The position numbers and the translations under genes are program-made. A stretch of 64,000 nucleotides of DNA, taken from contig JBBTTA010000003.1 in assembly GCA_038064475.1 (NCBI GenBank), positions 24,985 through 88,984 on the forward strand, given 5' to 3'. Of this stretch, positions 1-9,807 are shown piece by piece. This DNA is from Patescibacteria group bacterium (GTDB taxonomy: Bacteria > Patescibacteriota > Minisyncoccia > Phycocordibacterales > EsbW-18). Every line of letters begins with the position of its first letter. Positions within the stretch are counted from its first letter, which is position 1. The notes below the pieces were generated by a model. That model saw only the letters and a list, made by a program, of their open reading frames with translations, was not told the DNA's origin and searched no databases.

Positions 1-1201
1 TTTCTTTTTCTTCTTCGCCAATACAGATAATGTATGGAATTCCCTGCTTCTCTGCTGTCTTTATCTGTGCAGGAACCTTGCGCCCTGTGTAATCAACGGC
101 AACATTCACATCACTTGTGCGCAAATGATCTGCAACATCGTCAGCAAATGTGACAACATCTGCTTCGAGCACACATATATAGACATCAGTCGTTGAGGTA
201 AATGCGGGAAGTATTTTGTGAGTTTCTAGATAATCACGAATCGTCACATCTCCCATACCAAATCCAACACCTGATACTTTTTCAACATCAAAAATCGAGA
301 CGAGGTCGTCATAGCGTCCCCCACCGAAGAGTGCGCGGTTATTTTCATCACTCACATCAAACACTTCAAACACCATGCCGGTGTAGTAATCAAAACCACG
401 AACGATTGTTGGATCAAATGAGACGTTTGAAATACCTTTGCTTTTTAACATTTCCAAAAGTGCAACGAGCTCGCGCGCGCCGTCAGTGTTCAAAAGCGCT
501 TCCGGAAGTTTCGCGACGGCGCGCGCTTCCAAAATTGAAACTAACTCCCCTGTTCTATCTCCCACAATTTCTTCTGCGGCCTTTTCAAACGCATCTGCAT
601 CCATCTTCGCTCGCTTATCCATCAACTTCATGAGTTTTTGTGATGCATCGTCATCGAGAGCAAAAAATGTTCGCGCAATATCGTTGATGAGCTTGCGGTG
701 ATTCACATGAATTGTGAAATCAGAATTTTTTGCACCAAATGCATGCATAACAGCGTGTGCAACAGCGACAACTTCTGTATCTGCTTCAATTGTGTCACTT
801 CCAAACATGTCGACATTCAATTGCCAGTGTTCACGCAAACGTCCGCGCTGTGGTCGTTCATAACGGAAAAGGTTTGGAATCGAGTACCAACGAAGCGGTA
901 ATGGGAGATCGCGGCGTTTTGCAGCAACCATACGAGCAACGGTTGGCGTCATCTCTGGACGCATCGTCACATTACGCTCACCACGATCAATAAAGGAGTA
1001 TGTTTGTTCGTTAACGATTTCAGAACCCGTCTTTGCTTCGTAGAGAGCTGTTTCTTCGAGAATTGAAGCCCCATATTCAACGTAGCCATATCGCTCAACC
1101 GCCTTTCGCATTGTTGAGAATATGTAGTTCTGCACCGCCATGTCTTCTGGATAGAAGTCTCGCGTTCCTTTATAGGCTTCTGTCGATAGCCCCTTTTTCA
1201 T
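1..1201 (-). CDS. hisS: Histidyl-tRNA synthetase (runs off the left edge)
   Basis: Read manually on the minus strand: starts MKKGLSTEAYKGTRDFYPED; contains YERPQRGRLREHWQLN, RGFDYYTG and GGGRYD class II motifs. Confidence 0.95.
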   Translation of the reverse strand, partial: MKKGLSTEAYKGTRDFYPEDMAVQNYIFSTMRKAVERYGYVEYGASILEETALYEAKTGSEIVNEQTYSFIDRGERNVTMRPEMTPTVARMVAAKRRDLPLPLRWYSIPNLFRYERPQRGRLREHWQLNVDMFGSDTIEADTEVVAVAHAVMHAFGAKNSDFTIHVNHRKLINDIARTFFALDDDASQKLMKLMDKRAKMDADAFEKAAEEIVGDRTGELVSILEARAVAKLPEALLNTDGARELVALLEMLKSKGISNVSFDPTIVRGFDYYTGMVFEVFDVSDENNRALFGGGRYDDLVSIFDVEKVSGVGFGMGDVTIRDYLETHKILPAFTSTTDVYICVLEADVVTFADDVADHLRTSDVNVAVDYTGRKVPAQIKTAEKQGIPYIICIGEEEKE

Positions 1202-1224
1202 GGAAATACTATAGCATGACCAAA

Positions 1225-1256
1225 AACAAAACCGCCCATTTCGGGGCGGTTTTGTT
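1225..1256 (-). terminator. Intrinsic terminator after rplL
   Basis: AACAAAACCGCCC...GGGCGGTTTTGTT hairpin with T-tract. Confidence 0.7.
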
Positions 1257-1272
1257 AAACACGAGGGTTTGA

Positions 1273-1662
1273 TTACTTGAGAGTAACCTTACCACCTGCG
1301 TCTTCAATCTTCTTCTTGATTTCTTCTGCTTCTTCCTTCTTAACACCTTGCTTCACCATAGATGGTGCGCCGTCAACGATGTCCTTTGCCTCCTTGAGAC
1401 CGAGGGCCGCTACGTCCTTCACCACCTTGATAACAGCAATCTTGTTTTCACCTGCTGCGGTAAGTTCGATGTTGAATTCAGACTTTTCTTCTGCTGCTGG
1501 GCCTGCTGCTGGAGCTGCGGCTGCTGCAACTGCTGAAACGCCGAACTTTTCTTCGAATACCTTTACGAGTTCGTTCAAATCAAGAACGCTCATTTCTTCA
1601 ATCTTTGAAACGATGTCCTTGAACTTTGCAGGAACTGCTGCTGATTTTGTTTCTCCTTCCAT
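1273..1662 (-). CDS. rplL: 50S ribosomal protein L7/L12
   Basis: [30 protein letters not shown] motifs. Confidence 0.98.
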   Translation of the reverse strand: MEGETKSAAVPAKFKDIVSKIEEMSVLDLNELVKVFEEKFGVSAVAAAAAPAAGPAAEEKSEFNIELTAAGENKIAVIKVVKDVAALGLKEAKDIVDGAPSMVKQGVKKEEAEEIKKKIEDAGGKVTLK

Positions 1663-1681
1663 AATATTTTCTAGAGTTTAA

Positions 1682-2185
1682 TTAATTTGACTTCTTATCT
1701 GCAACTGCCTGGAGCGCTATTGCGAAACGCTGCACAGGAGAGTTGATGATGTTCACAAACATTCCGAGAAGCACGTGTTGTGATGGGATTGTTGCGATCT
1801 CAAGCATCTTGGAACCCGTGAGGTATGCACCTTCAAAGATTCCGCCGACAATTGAAACGCGACCATCAAACTTCTTCTGGAATGCGTACACACCACGCGC
1901 TGGTGCTGTGATATCTGTTGTGTCTTTCTCAACTGGATATACAACAGCAATTTCGCCAGGCAATTCTGGTAACTCGCCCGCAACCTTCTTGTCTCCAAGA
2001 ACTTTACGAATGAGTGTCTTCTTGGCAACCATATACTTCACACCGTCATGACGAAGTGTTTTTCGCATCTCTGATGTGTTAGACACGGTAAGACCGTGGA
2101 AGTTTACGAATACCGCTCCCGGTTTGTCGAAGACCTCTTGAAGTTCTTTCAAGATGCCTCCTTTGATATCTCGTGTAATTGGCAT
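1682..2185 (-). CDS. rplJ: 50S ribosomal protein L10
   Basis: GLTV...MRKTLR...YMVAKKTL, IATIPS; directly upstream of rplL. Confidence 0.95.
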   Translation of the reverse strand: MPITRDIKGGILKELQEVFDKPGAVFVNFHGLTVSNTSEMRKTLRHDGVKYMVAKKTLIRKVLGDKKVAGELPELPGEIAVVYPVEKDTTDITAPARGVYAFQKKFDGRVSIVGGIFEGAYLTGSKMLEIATIPSQHVLLGMFVNIINSPVQRFAIALQAVADKKSN

Positions 2186-2199
2186 GTTTGTTAAATAAA

Positions 2200-2302
2200 A
2201 AAACGGCTAACAAAACCGTTTGGCCCTTTGACGGGACAGAGTAGATCGACCCCTCGGCCGGCTTGTGAATTAAGACCTTTCGATCGCCAGCTGTCTACGG
2301 TT
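2200..2302 (-). promoter_or_regulatory. L10 leader (ribosomal protein autoregulatory RNA)
   Basis: Minus strand CCGTAGACAGCTGGC...TTAATT...GCCGGCCGAGG matches the L10-leader pattern, directly upstream of rplJ. Confidence 0.8.
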
Positions 2303-2348
2303 CTGTAACGACTATACTACCCGAAAACCCGCCTAGGTCAAGGCATTT

Positions 2349-2396
2349 TGACTAGACGCTCAGCGTCTAGTCATTTTGGAGGCTTAGCCTCCAAAA
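2349..2396. repeat. Two adjacent REP-like palindromes
   Basis: TGACTAGACGC-TCA-GCGTCTAGTCA and TTTTGGAGGC-TTA-GCCTCCAAAA; the second supplies the capA stop codon. Confidence 0.85.
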
Positions 2397-3385
2397 GTTG
2401 AGAGGAGTCCGCGTGAGTCAAGAAACGCTTGGCTTGTTGTAGCAGACATTGGGAACGGCTGACTTTGTTCGCTTGAAAGCGGAATGAGTTCGTAGGTGAC
2501 GTCTTCATCGATAGTTATTTTGATAGCAAGACCCGTCTGTACGTCGTCGTTCCAGTACTGATCGAAGATAAAATTACCTAATGAGTAGAAAATGGGTTTG
2601 TTGTTGTAGAGGCCGATGTCTTGCACAACGTGCGGATGTGCTCCGAAGATGACATCGACTCCGTTATCAATTAAGAAATGTGCAAATACCATTTGATCGT
2701 CGTTATGTGTCATCTCATACTCGTTGCCCCAGTGAATGACAACAGCGAGCGTAATTTCGGGAGGTACACTTTGCAACTCTTTTCTTAGTTCTTCTCTATC
2801 ATGTGACTGAATGGTTGTATCAAGTCCGATGAATGCAAGATTTGCGCGCGGCACAACATACACAGATCCCGTTTCTGTTGTGCCGCGCTTGCCGAACATC
2901 TCTACACCAGCGTCGGTAAGATATTTTTCTGTGTCTTTATATCCTTCTTTACCCTGATCAAACGCGTGATTGTTTGCAACACTTACGGTTTCAATGTTGT
3001 GTTGCGCAAGTGTTTCTGCAACTGACGGATCAAAACTAAATTGCATTGTGTTTGTGGCATCTCCATCACGTGTTGTGATAGGGCCTTCAAGATTTCCGAT
3101 GACCATATCAACAGAATTGAGAAGTTCCGTGATGTGTTCGAATGGGTGGTCATTGCCGTTTTTTCGCATGAGTGTGCGCACGTGACGACCAAGCATGATA
3201 TCGCCGACAACAAGAATCGTTGTCGGCTCTGGGTGAGGTGTGAGCGCTTCTCGAACAACTGTAATAGGAGCAGCCACAGCGGCAGGGATTTCAATTTCTT
3301 CCACATAAAATGAAAGAACCCTTGCGGCAATGCCAATAGCAACGAGAAATACCAACAGTATTTCAAACAATCGCCCAACCTTCAT
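2384..3385 (-). CDS. CapA family (poly-gamma-glutamate/capsule) metallophosphoesterase
   Basis: VGDIMLGR, GNLEGP, ANNHAFDQG, HWGNEY, GAHPHV, YSLGNFIFDQ; N-terminal TM. Confidence 0.9.
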   Translation of the reverse strand: MKVGRLFEILLVFLVAIGIAARVLSFYVEEIEIPAAVAAPITVVREALTPHPEPTTILVVGDIMLGRHVRTLMRKNGNDHPFEHITELLNSVDMVIGNLEGPITTRDGDATNTMQFSFDPSVAETLAQHNIETVSVANNHAFDQGKEGYKDTEKYLTDAGVEMFGKRGTTETGSVYVVPRANLAFIGLDTTIQSHDREELRKELQSVPPEITLAVVIHWGNEYEMTHNDDQMVFAHFLIDNGVDVIFGAHPHVVQDIGLYNNKPIFYSLGNFIFDQYWNDDVQTGLAIKITIDEDVTYELIPLSSEQSQPFPMSATTSQAFLDSRGLLSTFGG

Positions 3386-3477
3386 GAATGCATGATGACA
3401 TACTTTCAGAAAACAAAAACAGCTGCCGACGGCAACTGTTTTTGTTTGTGTTAAACACTCGGTGTTTAACATCTGGT

Positions 3478-3511
3478 ATTGTCCTCTGTTCTCTGTTCTC
3501 TGTTCTCTGTT
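3478..3511 (-). repeat. Heptamer tandem array (AACAGAG)x4 directly after a stop codon
   Basis: Minus strand TAG-AACAGAG-AACAGAG-AACAGAG-AACAGAG-GACAATA. Confidence 0.9.
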
Positions 3512-6346
3512 CTAGATTTCCCTGATGTCCGGTGATCCCTTCTCCGAATCATCGAGAACACTTGTGCAGTGAATATCCCCGCCGGCGCCTGGGGCATAGT
3601 CGATACCACCGTCACCGTCATTATCGAACCCGTCTGAACATTCAGTGACATCGCCCCCTGTGTCGTCATCCCCTTGTTCGTTATCGTCCAGCGCATCATC
3701 ACAGTGTGGATCATCGTCATTGTCTCCATCAATACCGTTTACACCATCCCAATCAACAAAGGTATCTGCATCATTGTCAGTACCGTCATTACACTGTGGT
3801 GCATTTACAAGAATCGTTACACTGTCACTCACATCGCCACTTTTATCTCCAGCTTCACACGTAATAGTGAATGTTGTATCACTTGAAAGCACTCCGGAAT
3901 CTTCTCCTTTCCCGCTATCATCACGACTTCCTGACCATGGAGGAATACCTTCGCTTGCTACACACGTTCCAGATGTAATTTCATTTGATTCCCATGTAAG
4001 TTCAACAACCGAATCAGTCCCTACAGGAGTTGGGTTGTCTGATCCATTGATCTTAAGATCAACTTCTGGTCCTCCAGGTGGAGGTGGTGGTGGCTCGGCA
4101 GTATAGGTAATCGTGTAGGAGATTGTTCCTCCACAATCAAGTGCTTGCGACGATGCTGGTGCAATTGATGGAGGAAGGTAGCCCTCGAGCGTTGGCACAT
4201 TTGAAAGAGTATAGTTACCTGCAAGTTGATCTGTGTATGTCTCTGAACTTTGGTTTATGTTTTCAGTAATCGTTCCACTTGGTCCAGACAATGACCATGT
4301 TGTTGGCACGTTTGATGACACAACAACTGTTCCCGCAGAACATGCTGGTTCTTCTTCTTCCACAGTAACGTAACAATTTGATGAGACGAGTGCATCACTA
4401 CCGACGTTCACTGTCTTCGTTCCTGTAGCAGAATATGAAACGGTAAATGAGGCCCCTGATCCGCTTGCAGGTGTTCCTCCAATTGCTGACCATGCATATG
4501 TGCTGTTTCCTCCTCGCGCCGTAAGCGTAACTGGTTGATTAACACCTACGGGTGGCTGACCGGCAGGCAAACATTCTGGACGAACACGTACCAGCACATT
4601 ATCGTTTACCCCCTGTACTGGTGGACCATTGCGTATGGCGTCACCAAAATAGTTGCGTCGAACAGTTGCTGCTGACACGTTTTGTGTTCCACTGTCTGCA
4701 ATTACTGCTACCCCCCAAAGTGTGTCGTTAGGGCTTGCTCCTTTACTTCGTGTTGTATCTGCACCCGAAGATGTCCACGATAGTGTTGGCACAACACCGT
4801 AGTTCACGAGAATTGATGTGCCATTGTACGCAACACCCGGAGCACTTGCACCAAGTTGGAATGTAAGAGGTGGTGGACCCGATGTAATGTTTATCGTACA
4901 TGCACCCGTCGCACCTGTGTCCGTGCGCGTAAAGGTGACCGTACGTGATCCTGTTGTTGTAAATGTTTTAGTGACAGATGATGCAGAACCGCTTGAGCCT
5001 GATGGTAAAATACCTGTCGTCGGAGAAATTGCCCATGTATGTGCCGCACCGCCGCTTGCTGTGAATGTCACACTATCTACATCTTCTTGTGCCGCTGTCG
5101 GGCCAGAGCATGTTACGTCTGTTGCGGGACAGGTGAGTGATTGTGGATTGTTCGAAAAAGCAACCCATTCATTCGTGTCTCCTTGTACTTCACCTGTAAT
5201 GCTATGAGCTACTCCTGTTGAAACAAGGCCAGCAAGGCTCGATGAGAATGTACATGATGCACCAACACAACCCGTTGCACCAGCTGTTGTTGATTTTACA
5301 AGTGTTCCATCAGAATAAATTCGAATCGGACGTGGTGCTGTTGTATCAACATCATCACCCCAACCAGTTACGGTACAATTTGCAAATGGTGGTGTGAATG
5401 CGCCTGTTGGCAAATCCCCCCCTCCAACCTCCACATTACACGTACTTGATTGTCCGTTCCGTGTCACTGTAACAACTTTTGTTCCTATTGTTGAATACGA
5501 AGTTGTACATGTTCCTCCTGTTGCACATGAACCTCCCCCCCCTGTATTCCATGTGTAGTACGGAGACGTTCCTCCGCTTCCTCCTGATGCTGTCACAACT
5601 GTATTTTGATCAGGGTTAACCAGAGAAGGGTTTGCTGAACATGATAGTGCTGATGGAGCCGTCACATTCACCGTAACGCTTTTATTCACCGTACCCCCAG
5701 GGCCTGTACATGACATTGAAAATGTCGTTGCGGTAGTGAGATCACTTGATGCATCGTTTCCTCCTGTTGCACTTCCTGTTGAAAACCCCGCACCCCCCGT
5801 TGCTGTACATGATGTTGTGTTTGTTGATGTCCACGTTAACGTTGTTGGTGTGTCTGATGTTACAGGGTTTGGAGACGCTGTAAGTGTTGCTGTTGGTGCG
5901 GGAGGGGCTGTAACAGTAACATTCACGGTCACTGAACCCCCTCCTTCAGGTGATGGATCTTCGACACAGTCACGATCAACACCGATAGCAAAGAGTGTGT
6001 CGGTTGTTAACACATCCGTTGTATACGAAAGCGTTCCAGGGTTTGTTGTGTACGTCAGTGTATGCCCAACAGGGTATGTGCGAGAGATATTGTATGGCGT
6101 AGCACCCGTACTCGAGTTGGTGAACGTGACAGGAAGTGTTGATCCTGATGATACGGCGATTGAATACACCGCATCGCGATTTCCTGCGCTGTTGGCATAC
6201 GTCGTCCCATTGATTGTCATACTCATGATAGGGACCGCCATTCCTGAACATACCTCTAGGGCACGTGCCGTGTTTGGGACCGCCATCCACACAAGTGCCA
6301 AAAGCGTACCGATACCAAGTAACGAATTTCGTACAATAGATTTCAT
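3512..6346 (-). CDS. Large secreted Thr/Ser/Gly-rich surface protein with Ig/PKD-like repeats and Cys-Asp calcium-binding-type repeats
   Basis: Signal peptide; repeated LTW.S...C...TF.(M/I).C modules; CNDGTDNDAD and CSDGFDNDGDG repeats; ends PDIREI. Confidence 0.8.
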   Translation of the reverse strand: MKSIVRNSLLGIGTLLALVWMAVPNTARALEVCSGMAVPIMSMTINGTTYANSAGNRDAVYSIAVSSGSTLPVTFTNSSTGATPYNISRTYPVGHTLTYTTNPGTLSYTTDVLTTDTLFAIGVDRDCVEDPSPEGGGSVTVNVTVTAPPAPTATLTASPNPVTSDTPTTLTWTSTNTTSCTATGGAGFSTGSATGGNDASSDLTTATTFSMSCTGPGGTVNKSVTVNVTAPSALSCSANPSLVNPDQNTVVTASGGSGGTSPYYTWNTGGGGSCATGGTCTTSYSTIGTKVVTVTRNGQSSTCNVEVGGGDLPTGAFTPPFANCTVTGWGDDVDTTAPRPIRIYSDGTLVKSTTAGATGCVGASCTFSSSLAGLVSTGVAHSITGEVQGDTNEWVAFSNNPQSLTCPATDVTCSGPTAAQEDVDSVTFTASGGAAHTWAISPTTGILPSGSSGSASSVTKTFTTTGSRTVTFTRTDTGATGACTINITSGPPPLTFQLGASAPGVAYNGTSILVNYGVVPTLSWTSSGADTTRSKGASPNDTLWGVAVIADSGTQNVSAATVRRNYFGDAIRNGPPVQGVNDNVLVRVRPECLPAGQPPVGVNQPVTLTARGGNSTYAWSAIGGTPASGSGASFTVSYSATGTKTVNVGSDALVSSNCYVTVEEEEPACSAGTVVVSSNVPTTWSLSGPSGTITENINQSSETYTDQLAGNYTLSNVPTLEGYLPPSIAPASSQALDCGGTISYTITYTAEPPPPPPGGPEVDLKINGSDNPTPVGTDSVVELTWESNEITSGTCVASEGIPPWSGSRDDSGKGEDSGVLSSDTTFTITCEAGDKSGDVSDSVTILVNAPQCNDGTDNDADTFVDWDGVNGIDGDNDDDPHCDDALDDNEQGDDDTGGDVTECSDGFDNDGDGGIDYAPGAGGDIHCTSVLDDSEKGSPDIREI

Positions 6347-6536
6347 GGGACGTATAAATAGTTATAAACTCCTTTCAGTATAGTGCTAGACGAACCAAAA
6401 AATAAGAAGGTTATGCACATCCCATTGGAGGTGCAAAAAATTGCCCTACATTTTCGATGTCCTCTAACGGGACAGGGCAAAAAGAAAAGGCGCCCCGTGA
6501 AGAGACGCCTTGTATTGAAAAAAGAAGAGCTAGAGG

Positions 6537-7712
6537 TTAGTTGCAAGGAAATGCGGTGATGTCGCCGATCTGACCGAAGTTCAGGTCGAAGTTGGTGTAC
6601 CCCGTAACTTCCTGAGTCAGTGTATCGCGAATCGTAAGTGTGAAGCCAACGTTCGTGGTTGTTCCGTAGAACACCCAGAAGTAGCTGTTGAGTTCACACC
6701 CATTGATGATCTTCACCAACATCTCCTTATTGCTTTCCGTGAAGAAAGAGAAGAGACCGGATTCGGTCGAACCAGGAATAGCGCTCGGCGTTCCGAAGCC
6801 CGAACGACCGCCCCCCAACACTGTGTTGTACTCGACCTGGAGCTCAAAACGCTTGTCTAGAGAATTGTTGGAACTGTCGAGGCACATCACCGTATTGCTT
6901 GGAACGCAGGGCCCCAGAGGTGCGTCCATCTCGGCCGCAGCCAGAGGCGCTGCAACCTGAAGGACGAGCGTTGCCTGCTGGTTCGGACCAACGAGCTCAA
7001 TGTCGTTGTAGAAGACACCGGGCCCCGTAACTCGCTCCGCACTGTACCAACCGCACGGAGACGACTGCGTCATGTAGGCGGCAAAACCATCGCCACCACC
7101 GTCAGGGCACACATACATCGCGCGGTTGTTTTCGAGTCCTTCCGGCGGCGTCAGTGCTGTCTCTTCCTCGTGGTCGAGACAAACCGTGTGGAACAGTTCG
7201 TGAGCGTAAAGCCCTCCCAGAACAGCCCGACGAACTGTTGCATAAGGTCCACAGAGCATTGCACCACCACCGGTTGGGTATTCATCAACGACGAGTACTA
7301 CACGGTCAGCACCGTATTGGGCTCGAAGCGGATCCAGAATACTATAATCCATCGGAAACACGGGATCTTGCGACCAACGCACGACACCAACCTTCGGAAA
7401 GGTCAGCCAATTGTTGTTCGAGTTGTGGAGAATCTGATGCAGTCGCGCATCAGCGAGCTCAAGCTCGCCCATGAACGACGCCGTCGATTCAGCCGACCAC
7501 GAGTTCGGATACACCACGAGGGTGTCCACCCGAGTCGCTGTCGGAACCGTCATCTCGAAAACGCTGTTGTTCTCCTGGAGTCGCCGAAGCTCGACCAAGA
7601 GAGGAACGTTCTCGTCACGAATCACCTGATCCGTGAACTGGATGTTGGACGCCGCCAAAGGAGCGGCGAACAGGATGAGAGCCACGAGCGCAAAACGCTT
7701 GCTGATGTTCAT
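6537..7712 (-). CDS. Secreted zinc metallopeptidase-like protein with an Acidobacteria-type C-terminal domain
   Basis: Signal peptide; HELFHTVCLDH; C-terminal CVPS..MCL...RFE...GLFSFF...EMLVKIINGC...FWVF...TNV.FTLTIRDT; SD AAAGGA. Confidence 0.7.
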   Translation of the reverse strand: MNISKRFALVALILFAAPLAASNIQFTDQVIRDENVPLLVELRRLQENNSVFEMTVPTATRVDTLVVYPNSWSAESTASFMGELELADARLHQILHNSNNNWLTFPKVGVVRWSQDPVFPMDYSILDPLRAQYGADRVVLVVDEYPTGGGAMLCGPYATVRRAVLGGLYAHELFHTVCLDHEEETALTPPEGLENNRAMYVCPDGGGDGFAAYMTQSSPCGWYSAERVTGPGVFYNDIELVGPNQQATLVLQVAAPLAAAEMDAPLGPCVPSNTVMCLDSSNNSLDKRFELQVEYNTVLGGGRSGFGTPSAIPGSTESGLFSFFTESNKEMLVKIINGCELNSYFWVFYGTTTNVGFTLTIRDTLTQEVTGYTNFDLNFGQIGDITAFPCN

Positions 7713-8090
7713 CGCTTTTCCTTTCTGCCGTCAATGTGGCGGCGCTTGTCCTCCGTAGCTTTACGCGTAGGAGGAATAGGTATTTCGGTTGAACAACTAT
7801 AATTGCATTTCAAGGTTTTGACCTTGAAAACTAAGCTCTTCTTGTAAAAGAACTACCCATACCTAGTATAGTCACTGGGCAGAAGAAAAGTACCTCCTGT
7901 CAAGGTTTTCTGTACTAACCTGTGGACAATTTCTACGGGTTAAAACAAGGCCTAGTAAAGAGCCAAAATGAGGCTCGAGGAGGAGAATCCCCTTCTATTC
8001 CCCAACGTACCACGTCTTCCCAACCCCGTCAATGAAAACCAGTCTCTTGGGGGGTCTCTTACCTATCTCCCATCTTCCATACTCTATCTT

Positions 8091-8669
8091 CTATTGAGTC
8101 ACCGGCATTGTGTATGCAACCTCAACAACTGCTTTACCGCTCTGTTGCAATGTAAGTGTTATGTTTACTGTCTCTCCATTACGCTGTGCAGAGAAGTTTG
8201 TGACAGGAAGTTCATCAATTGATCCGTCTTTCAATACAACCCATCCCCCGTCAACCAAAAGTCGGCGGTAGCCATCAACAACCTCATGAAATTCAAGTGT
8301 CGACATGTAGCGCGCGACGGGCATCTGTTCACCGCGACCTGTGTATGCGATTGAGTAGCTTGTTTCTATTGCTGCACTTGGTTCAAGGAGTAATTCTTGT
8401 GGAAATCCCGCAACAAGTGAGCCTGCAGGTGCATGCGTAATCGCATTCCCCTCCTCGTCATACGTTACCCCATCGTCTTTCCCTTTACCTAAAAACCAAA
8501 GGGCTCCGACAATGAGAAGAATAATGACAATAATACTCACTAATACAGATGAGCTTTTTCGATGAGACTCTGGAGCCATTCCCCCGCCCATTGGTGTCGT
8601 GGTATTCATGCCTCCGTCTGTAAGAGGTGTCGTCATTGGACTTGTGTGGCGCATGTCTTGCATTCCCAT
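8091..8669 (-). CDS. Single-pass membrane protein, unknown function
   Basis: ORF with one hydrophobic segment (VLVSIIVIILLIVGALWFL). Confidence 0.7.
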   Translation of the reverse strand: MGMQDMRHTSPMTTPLTDGGMNTTTPMGGGMAPESHRKSSSVLVSIIVIILLIVGALWFLGKGKDDGVTYDEEGNAITHAPAGSLVAGFPQELLLEPSAAIETSYSIAYTGRGEQMPVARYMSTLEFHEVVDGYRRLLVDGGWVVLKDGSIDELPVTNFSAQRNGETVNITLTLQQSGKAVVEVAYTMPVTQ

Positions 8670-8902
8670 ATATAAAAAGTGTTAGTAGTAGCTAGTATGA
8701 ATGGTAGCGGAATGTATCCCCCCAAACAACGCATTTTGTTGATAACTATTAGTACCGCAGTGTGACTTAAGTGGTTCATTGACAAAAAACTCTAGGGAAG
8801 TACTGTGGTTCTAGAAATGGTTCTCTGTCAGAAATCCTCATATTCGCGGGACATACTGTTTCGCGAAAAAGCGCCAACGGCGCAGAAGGAAGGAGTCCCA
8901 AA

Positions 8903-9124
8903 ATGAAGTTCGCACGACTGGAGTTCCGTGTCACCGACGAGCAGTTCAAGATCTCGTCCTACTCCGACCCGGGCGGCATCATCAAGACCTGTGTCGCGCT
9001 GGCCCGCACCCCCGAGGGCGTGGCGGTGCGTCACAGCACCGACCCCGACAAGAAGACGCTGTTCTTCAGCAACGACGAATGGACCGCCTTCACCCAGGGT
9101 GTCCGCGCCGGCGAGTTCGGCTGA
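8903..9124 (+). CDS. DUF397 family small protein
   Basis: FKISSYS...CVALA...VAVRHSTDP...LFF...EW.AF..GVRAGEF; SD AAGGAG; downstream hairpin plus T-tract. Confidence 0.85.
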   Translation: MKFARLEFRVTDEQFKISSYSDPGGIIKTCVALARTPEGVAVRHSTDPDKKTLFFSNDEWTAFTQGVRAGEFG

Positions 9125-9178
9125 TTTCGGCCCGAAGGCCCAGGGGGAAGCGCCCACACGCTCCCCCTTTTTATTTTC

Positions 9179-9679
9179 ATGAAAAACATTGCATACATTA
9201 TTCCTGGATACGGAGAAAACTGTAACCTAAAACGCTACCAGGCTCTTTCGTCTATGCTCAAAACAAAAGGGTACACTGTAAAACCAGTAAATCCTGACTG
9301 GAAAAAACCACTTTCAAAACAATCTTTTCGAGTTCCAAAAAATGCCCTCGTAATCGGTTTTTCATTTGGTGCCATAATTGCATATCTTATTGCAGAAAAA
9401 TACACTTTCACAAAAGCAATCTTAGCTTCTCTATCCCCTCTCAATACCTACCCAAAGAAAACTATCATCAAGTATTTTTCAAAAGAGATTGGCCAAAAGA
9501 AAGCAATTGTATATGCCACAGACCTAAAAAAAATAAAAATCTCGCTAAAAAACCTATCCACCCCAACCATTACTCTTGCTGGAGAGTTAGAAAAAGGAAT
9601 GTCGGCCGACTTTCTCGTTCCAAAAACAAACCATATGATGACAAAGACGTATATCAACGCAATTGCAAAGCTAGTCTAA
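9179..9679 (+). CDS. Small alpha/beta hydrolase-fold protein
   Basis: IIPGYG N-terminal motif, GFSFG nucleophile elbow, C-terminal His; AT-rich. Confidence 0.65.
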   Translation: MKNIAYIIPGYGENCNLKRYQALSSMLKTKGYTVKPVNPDWKKPLSKQSFRVPKNALVIGFSFGAIIAYLIAEKYTFTKAILASLSPLNTYPKKTIIKYFSKEIGQKKAIVYATDLKKIKISLKNLSTPTITLAGELEKGMSADFLVPKTNHMMTKTYINAIAKLV

Positions 9680-9807
9680 TCCTCAACTTGACATCTTCTC
9701 GTGCTTCGGTATACTTATAGTCACGAATACGGTTGATGAGAGGACTGCTCCGAAAGAGCGGTCCTCTTTCTTAAAAGCCCCAGCCGGTATCGATAACACA
9801 TACACCT

